From an archaeon (GTDB lineage Archaea > SpSt-1190 > DYHY01): DNA of 56,640 nucleotides. The first letter of the stretch is position 1. Each line of letters opens with the position of its first letter. The notes beneath the pieces are model-generated. The model was not told where the DNA came from, ran no database searches, and saw nothing but the letters and a program-made list of their open reading frames with translations. Positions 44,953 through 54,200 of the stretch are shown here, one piece after another. The stretch is taken from NCBI GenBank assembly GCA_043803745.1, contig JAZDJS010000036.1, forward strand, positions 1 through 56,640, in the 5' to 3' direction. Both the position numbers and the translations under genes were made by a program.

Positions 44953-45121
44953 ATGGAAGGCACAAACGTGCCGGCAGTCTGGAGCCAAAAGAGGGTAGGA
45001 AAACGGAAGGCAAGCCCGCAATTTTCTTCAAATGAACCCTTTGCAAAAGGCTTCACCCAAAGCGCCCCGTCTTCGCTTGAAAACTCGACAGGGCAAGCCC
45101 GCAATTTTCTTCAAGTTCTGA
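44926..45121 (+). repeat. Three copies of the GKPAIFF-coding gene end at an 83-nt period
   Basis: Copies start at 44926 (gene), 45009 and 45092; the latter two share an identical 23-mer GGCAAGCCCGCAATTTTCTTCAA. Confidence 0.88.
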
Positions 45122-45242
45122 GTTCCGAATCCACTGAAACTAATGACAAACTTTAAAAGGAGCCTCGGGGAAAAAAATCCACGGGGTATGTGGTGGTTTG
45201 GGGTTAGAACTCTCAACCAGAGATAGAAAGACTCAAAGGAAA

Positions 45243-48200
45243 GTGCGTCGAAAATCTCAGTTCAGCACTCTTTTAGTCGAAATCCTCCAGATTTTGGCTT
45301 TTACGAGCCTCGTCACCTTTCCCCTCTTTCAGCTCGCCATTTTCCCCGACCCGGCAGGCAATTTGAGCTCAGGGCTTGCTTTTTTCGACGAAAACGCCAC
45401 TGCGAACGTTTCAGGCAATTCTTCCCTTCCGAACGCCCCGGAACTTCCCGTCCTTGTGCAATATAGCTATTCGGTCCTTTTCAGGTCGCTTTTGCAACTG
45501 GAAAACGTCATTTTCCCCGGAGAAAGGTTCAATTTCACAGTTGAGATTTCTTCCCCTGAGAACGGGTCGACCTTCTTCGAGAACGGGACGGTTGTTTCAG
45601 CGAACTTTTCCGGGGAGAATCTCACAATAGACGAACTGGAATTCTCGGCAAACCTTTCCGGGGAGGATGCCGGGCTGAACATCACCGGGAGCGCAAGCGC
45701 GCCGGAACCCGGGGAATTCGAGATTCTTGCAAACATCAGCATTCTCTCGCCAGCCGGAACCGGGAATTTCTATACAATTTCCTCCAAAGTTGTCATATCC
45801 GCAGTCAGGGAACTCTTCTTTTCCCTGAGCGCGCCGGAACGGGCATATGTCGGCGAGAACTTCTCGGTTTCAGCTGCCCTTTTGAACGGAACGGATTCCC
45901 AAAGCTCATACTTGAATTTCTCAACCGAGCCAGGCCTCACAATCCTCGATGGTCAGGATGCCAACTGTTCCGGCGGAGACTGCAACCTTACCGCGACAAT
46001 TGTCGCGAACGAAACCGGGAACAGGACGATTTTTGTGACAGCATTCCTCCCGGACAAGAACCTCACCCTTGACAAGAACCGGACCGTCCTGATACTTGAC
46101 AGGCCGCTTGAGTTCAGCGCAATCCCCCCTGAAATATCCGAGACCGCCTCTCCCGGAACCTCATATTCTGCCGAAATCTCCCTCCTCTCGAACAGGGAAC
46201 TGGCGGTCCTGGCAGAATTCGAGGGTTCCTCAGCCAACGCAACAATTAACGAGACAGAATTCAACCTATCCGCAGGAATTCCCCACCCAGTCCTCCTTGC
46301 AATTGACATCCCGGCTGAAGGGAACTATTCTAGCTCCCTTGTCTTCCTCCACCAGTTCGGCAACCTGACAATACCCGTCCTGGTAGTTGCCGCGCTTCCC
46401 GAGAATTATTCGGTGCCGGTTCCGCTGGTAATTTCAGCCGCAATAAACACGACCGAAGTTGAGCTTGGGCGCGAGCGGGTGCGGCTTCAAGCAATCCTTG
46501 AAAATCCCGAGGCTGCGGCATATGTGACCTTTTCGGTTATCAGGCCTGACGGGCACGAGCAGGTCCTCCTGACGAAGCGGGAGGGCGCAGCCTTCCTAAA
46601 CGATTACATGCCGACCAAGCTGGGCGCCCACGCATTCTCGAACATTACCGTCTGGGACGTTTCCTCGAACCTCCTCTCATATTACGAACCCGAGAACTTG
46701 ACCTTCCTCTCGGTCGCCCCCCGGTTCGCCGAAGGCTCATATTCAGTTGCGGAAATTTCCGAACGCAAGGAGCAGGACGTCTTTTCCGGTGACCACAGGA
46801 AGGTAATCAAGACCCTCGCAGTACAGAACCTCCTTGAAACCGAGCTTTACGGATTCTCCCTTGAAGGGACTTTCGAGCTGCCGGAGGATGCCGAGAACGT
46901 CCAGGTCAAGAATTCGGATTACGAAACTGTCCGGACAGAAACCGAGCCCCTTTCGCCCGGGGAGACACGGACATACTATCTTGAATACGAATACAATTTC
47001 AGGGACAGGTATCTCAAGGAGAACGGGATATGGATTCTCCCGGACAGGAAATCCTATGACGCGACCGGCGGAATCTTCTCCTCGAAAATCTACATCAGGA
47101 ATTTCAGGGAGAAGGACTTCTATTCCGAGATAATCCCCTCCTTCGACGAGCGGCTCGAGCTTGTCGGGGCATACAGGATTGATTACGAGCCAGCCCTTTT
47201 CGAGACTGAGGTTGAAATTTTCAACGAAACCTGCCTTGAGGAGGCGGAAACAGAAAGCACCTGCATAATCGGGACGAGGATTGAGAACATCTCTGCAATG
47301 CAGCCAGTCCAGGTCCCCCTCGACATCCTCGGAAACTACAACCCGGAAGAAAATCCCCTTTTCGCAAGAATTCCCGAGAGGGACAAGCCTCCAAGTGTCT
47401 TTGAAGGCGGCCTTGAAAGACGGGCCGCTTCGGTTTCCCAGGAACTTACTAGGGATTCGACAACGACAATCAAGCTGGTCTTCCGCACAAGTGAATTCGG
47501 CTCAGGGGAATTCTATGTCGGAGTTACCGGGCTTGAGAAGCTTGACGAAGGGTCCGGATTTTCATCCCAGAAAATCGGAGAGCCGGAAACCCTTGCGTTC
47601 GGCCTTGACCCTGCCTGGACAAGCGGCCCCTGGCGGATGGAGGACGGCTTTGCAAGGGGGACTACCGGGGACATTTCTCACGCAGCAGTCAGTGGAAACG
47701 TCGTTAACACATTCAGCACTGTCGATATGGCGCCTTTGGAGGGCACTTCCGGGTTCGACGACGGCTTCGAGGCCGAATTCGACATTGCGGACTATGGAAC
47801 CTGGGGGGATACTAACAGCCATGCGGCAGTCTACCTGAAGAAGGATTCGGGGAACGGCACTGCGAACACAGCCCCGTATGCAATTGTCGGGATTGCCTAT
47901 TACGACGACCAGTATGACGACGACCTTGACCAGGTAACTGTCGGCTTCGACAGGGACGGGGACGGGGTTCTTGAGGACTGGGACTTCCAGATATACAACC
48001 TTATGGATGACGGGACAACAGACACATCCCAGATACGATATTATTCAAGCGGCTCCTGGGGTTCCTGGCAGAACCTTCCTTCCGCAATAACTTCCTCGGC
48101 TGAATACTCGACCTCCTGGGAAGTCGAGTTCCGCTTCCCCCTCTACAACCTGACCCAGACATTCGACCCGGACTGGCTTAACACAAGCAGGATTTGGATA

Positions 48201-51200
48201 AGCTTCTTTGACGCCGACGGCACAAGCACTGACAGGACCGTCAACATTTCCGGGACGGGGACTGATGCATCCACCTGGATACAATTCACATACAACTCCT
48301 CAAACCTCCCGCCGATAATAAACCTGGAATATGCCTGGCAGGTCCCGGACAACACAACTGCGATAACATTCGAAACCTATGGCGCGGGCTCCGCAACCTG
48401 CGCAGCAACCGACGGAGCGGGGGGCTTCACCCCGAACTCCGACTGGACCGATGCTTTCGAGGACGAGTTCAGCTTCGGGACAAACCCGATAAGGACGGGG
48501 GACCCCTGGGGCGTTAGCAGCTATCCGAACGGCGCGATATACCTGAAGAAGAATTCGGGAGCAATCGGCGCCTCGACAGAAACAGTCCCTTTCCTATATG
48601 TCTGCTATGCGATGTATGACGATGACGAGGACGCCGACCTTGACGACATCCGGTTTGTCTTTGACCTTAACGGGAACGACATAATTGACGAGAACGATAC
48701 CTATTTCAGGCAGACAATGGACGACGGGAACAACGACAACGCCCTGATAAAGGCAACCTACTGGATAAACGGCTGGAACGCCTCGGCAAACCTCGGCTAC
48801 TCAATGGGAACGATAGGCAGCGCAACGGGGGGCACTGCCGAAAGATGGGCTCCTTCGGCAGCAACCGGATACTGGAACCTTGAAGGAGGAATTTCCTTCT
48901 ACGACATTTATGGGGCTGCCTTTTCAGGCAAGGACCCGGACCAGCAGATAAACAAGACCCGGATTTCCTTCTCAACCTGGGACCGGGGGGGTTCCTCCGC
49001 AACCGACATCGGGAACTATGCCCTGACTGGGAACTTCACCGGCAAGTGGAACAACGGAACATATCTTGGGACCTGGATAGGCGACAGCCTGAACGTCGTA
49101 TATGTCTCCTCAATTGACACGACCGCCCCGGCAATAACAATCGCATCCCCCCAGAACCAGTCCTACTTCTCCGAATGGATATATGCGAACCTCTCCTCTG
49201 ACGAGACCCTCGATTTCTGCTACTCCTCCCTGAACGGCGCAGCGAACACGACAATGGCGAACAGCACGGCGAACAGGACGACCTTCTACTACAACCTTTC
49301 GGCAATTGTCAACGGGCTGAACAACATCTCCTTCCACTGCGTCGACCGGGTCGGGAACGGGAACGTCTCGGCAGTCTATTTCACGGTTGACCGGGACAAG
49401 CCGGTGATATACCGCAGTTCCCCGGAGAACGTCACATATACATATAGCGACATCCAGTTCAACCTCTCAATAAGCGAGCCCTCCGACTGGTGCGGGGTTT
49501 CCCTGAACGGCGCCAATAACGTCTCGATAACCAGGTTCAACTCAACCCAGTTCAACAGCACGATTTCCCTCTATGACGGGTTCTTCGGGGCGAGCTTCTC
49601 TTGCAACGACACCCAGAGCAACTGGAACGCCTCGACCGCCAATGTCTATTTCTCGATTGACACGACGGAACCCGACGTCAACCTCTGCTCGGCTAACAAG
49701 ACATTCCTGAAACAAGGGGAAGCCGCCCGCCTCTCCTGCAACGCGACCGACTACGGCAACATAACCTCGCCAATCAACTACACATACCACAAGACGACAA
49801 CAGAATGCACCTCCGAGCGCCTCGTCTCATACTCGGGCCAGAGCAACGGGCCCGCCTGCGGATATGACGGCTCGACCTGGAGCGACGACGACTATTACAG
49901 GGTGCTCTCCGGAACTGCAATATCAGCCTTCTACAACTTCACTGTCCCCAATTCCTCGATATCCGGGATAAGCCTCCTCTCGAACGTCTGGATGTCCTCG
50001 TCAAGGCAGCTGGACATATACATCTACAACTCGACCCTCGGGGACTATCAGAACATCAATTCGGTGCCGCTTGGCTCAACAGCAACCTCCGACTATGGGA
50101 ACTGCGACGGGCAGTGGGGGAGCCAGGCTGCCTGCGTTTCATCAACCCTTTGCTCAGGTCCTACCGGCTGCAGCCAGATAATCCTTTCCGGGAACCGAAT
50201 CGAGGTCGGATATTCCATCAGCTACATCTCCGGGCTTTCGTTCTACAACGACAAGCAGGCAATTGTGATGAACCTCACCGGGATAAACGCCTCGACAACC
50301 TTCTGGAATTCAACCCTCGTATGCTCGGAGACTGCAAACTACACCTGGCTCTCGACATCCGCAATGGATTCCTCGGGCAACTACAACCTCACGACCGGGT
50401 TCTTTCCGATAACAGTCAAATGCGACGTCCAGGCGCCCTCGGTCAACAACACAGCTGTCAGAAACTCCACAAACGCCTCCCAATCAGTTTTCTTCATCGG
50501 CGACGTTGTCAGGCTCAACTTCAACGCAAGCGACTATGAGAATGGGCTTTCGTACAGGGTCATCTCAATCTACGACCCCGATTCCATCCTCCTTGTGAGC
50601 AACGCAAGCATGACTGCCGCCTCCAGTCAGCCCTTCCAGTGGTTCTATGATTTCAATACAGATTCCAGGAAGAACGGGACATATACCGCCTACATGTGGG
50701 CTAACGACACTTCAGCGAACTTCAACTCTACAAGCAACACATTCACCGTCAACAACGAGACTTTCTACAACATGTTCATCTCGACGAACGCGACAGACAT
50801 CAGCAAGACCCGCTCATTCGCCCTTGCCTGCAACGCATCCTGCAACGGGACTGTCTGCAACTCGACCGGAGCCTATCTCCAATGGAACAACTCCGGCTCC
50901 TGGGCAACTGTCCCCTCCTCGGCAACAGCCCTGACCGCGAACGCCACAATCTATTCCTGCGGGAACATCGGAAACACAAGCACCTGCCAGCGGACCTGGG
51001 AAGTTACCGGGAACACTGCCGGAACTTATTATCTCCGCTGCCTCTACAACTCGACAAGCGCAATAACGAACAACACCGCGACCCAGGCGGAAACAGTCCA
51101 TGTCGGAACCCTCGCAATAAACATCTCAGCGCCCTACCAAGAGCCCCACATCATAAACAAGACAGACACATTCCTCCTCAACATCTCGGCAATCTGCTAC

Positions 51201-54200
51201 AATTGGTACTGCGGCATCCCGACAATCTCAACCTATCTTAACGATTCCACCACCCTCCCGACAACCCTCATAGGCGCAGGAACGACTGTCAAGCGCGAAT
51301 CGGGCGAGGCAAACCCGTTCACTTGTTCCAGCGCCCTTGACCCGCTGGGCTCCGGCACAAGAACCTGCAACCAGACAATGACGGTAAACATGACCGCCGT
51401 CGCAACGAGGCTGATTGGCGCGAACGTCTCCTCTTCGGACGGGCAGGTTTCAAGCAACGTCACTGCAAGCAACAGGACAGTTGGCGGAAAGGTCGGAACC
51501 CTCACCCTTGCCTGGATCGACCCCCTTTCGGCTGACATTGACAAGATAAGTTCCGACACGGTTGGCACAAGAGTAACCTGCAACAGCTACAAATGCTTCA
51601 CAGCAACGGTTTCCGTCAGGAACGCAACCGGAGACTCGGCAATACCGACAATAGCCACAACCCAGCCGCTAAACATAACCTCGGGTACCCAGCCCCAGGA
51701 CTGCGGCTCAATGAACCCCGGAAACACCTGCGACAAATCCTGGACACTTTTCGGCGCAAGAAGCGGGGCTGAAACGGTCAATTTCCGCGCGGATTCCTCA
51801 GACCCCGACATTTCTTCAGGATATTCTACCAGCTCTTCAACAACAGTCCATGTCGGAACCCTCGCAATAAACATCTCAGCCCCCTACCTGGACCCTTACA
51901 TCGTCAACAAGACAGACACATTCCTCCTCAACGTCTCGGCAATCTGCTACAGCTGGTATTGCGGAATCCCGACAATCTCAACCTATTTGAACGACTCAAC
52001 AACGCTCCCGACAACCCTGATAGGAGCCGCAACAACAGTCAAGAGGGAATCCGGCGAGGCAAACCCGTTCACCTGCTCGAGCGCCCTGGACCCGGGAGGA
52101 AGCGGAACCCGCTACTGCAACCAGACAATGACGGTCAACATGACCGCTGTCGCAACCCGGCTCATTGGGGCAAACATTTCTTCAGCTGACCCGGATGTTC
52201 TTTCAAACGTCACCGTAAGCAACAGGACAGTTGGCGGAAAGGTCGGGACACTTTCATTCACTTCAGTTCCGACGACAGACTTTCTTAACAAGACAGACAC
52301 CCGCACCGCGAGCTACCAAATTCTCTGCAGCAATTACAAATGCTTCACAGTTTCAGCCTATTTGGAGAACTCGACAACCGGGGGGCTTGTCCCAACAGGG
52401 GAAACGACTGAGAAGCTCAATATTTCCTCGGGCACCCAGCCCCAGTCCTGCGGCTCAATGAACCCCGGAAACACCTGCGACAAATCCTGGACAATTTTCG
52501 GCGCGCACAACGGGACGGAAAACATCAATGGGAACGCAACCTCCTCAGACAGCAATGTGGCCCCGTTGGATTCAAGCCAAACCAACTATAGGGTTTTCGT
52601 CGGGACGCTCGGGATTTCCTGGCAGGACGACATTATCGCGAACATTTCCAAGACCCGGATGGACTGGGTCAACTCAACACTCACCTGCTCGGGCTTCAAA
52701 TGCTTCACAGTTGACCTTTACCTCAGGAACACCACAAGCAACACCAACATCCCCGCTGGCTCGACAACCGAGCCCCTCAACATTTCCTCAGGAAGCCAGC
52801 CGGAAAGCTGCCTTACAATGGTCCCAGGGGATTCCTGCACCAAATCCTGGCTCCTCTTCGGCGCAATGAAGGGTGCTGAGGATGTGAAAGTCGTCTCAGT
52901 CCCGAAGGATTCCGAGGTTGTCCAGGTGAACACGACAATCAATTCAACCTATGTCCGCACCGGATGGCTCGAGCTCCTAATGGGCGCCCCCCCGACAACA
53001 CCCAATCCGTTCATGCTTACCGTAAACAGGACACCCTGGACATTCAACATGACGGTTGTCTGCCACGACTGGTTTTGCGGCAAGCCGGTGATATCCGCCC
53101 TAGTTAACGACACCTCAGCAAATCCGGCCACAATTGTCGCAAGTGACGTTTCGACAACCGTCAAGCGGGAGGTCGGGGATGCGAACCCCCTGACATGCGC
53201 AAGCAACCTTGACCCGAACGTGGTCGGGGGAACCGCCAACTGCAGTTTGAACTTCACCGCGAACTACACATATTTCGGCTATGCCCACATCGGCGGAAAC
53301 GTTACCGGGCAAGACTCTGATGTTCTGACGAACGTCACCTATACCAACCGCACCCTGAAAGGCGTCCTCGCCGGCCTCCGCCTTAACCTGACCCATGTGC
53401 CGAACCCGATTTCCAAGACAACAAACTACACTCAGATGTGCTCGGTCAACTGCACAGATGCTTCCTGCGACGAGACATTCATCTTCCCCCAGTATTACAA
53501 CGGAACGAACTGGATCAACCTTCCCCGGACCCTTGAAGACCCGCTCCAGGCGAACGAAAGCCTCTATTACTGCGGAACCGTCCTTGCCAACCAGGTATGC
53601 CTCAAGGAATGGTCTGTCCGCGGGAACACTTTCGGCGACTATAACATCCGTTGCTATGCGAACTCGTCAACGGCAGTGCCGACCGAGGAAACCTCGACAT
53701 CCGAATGGCACAACGTTACCGTCGGGACGCTTTCCGTCAAGGTTATTTCCCCGACAAGCTTCCAGGACATTGTAATCAACCAGACTGTGAGGAACTTTTC
53801 GATTGTCGCCAACGTGACCTGCAACAACTATCTCTGCTTCAACGTTTCCTCCTATGCCCGGCTCAACTCCTCCGGCTCGACAATGGTTTTCGCCCCGACA
53901 TCCGGGGTGAGCCAGCTATTCTATGTCGACATCCAGCCGAACTACTCAGCCCAGAACATGACGGTCGGCCAGAGCAAGAACGTCACCTGGTGGGGGAACG
54001 CGACGTTTATCGGGACGACGCTCCTCGAGGTCGGAAGCAACCAGACCGACAATTTAACGATGAACTATTCCGCCCAGACAACCTTCTCCTTCATCAACCT
54101 GCAGACGGAAACATCAGCAAATTCCGTCAACTCAACCCAGACCGGCTCCGTCCTCGGCGGCTGGGGTGAGACTTACCGCTATAACATCACTCTCAAGGAT

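Noticed and set aside
44926-45121. Mini CRISPR array (23-nt repeat)
   Set aside because: Spacers are 60 nt, the first repeat is the coding end of the gene, the differences are synonymous, and there is no leader or cas gene.
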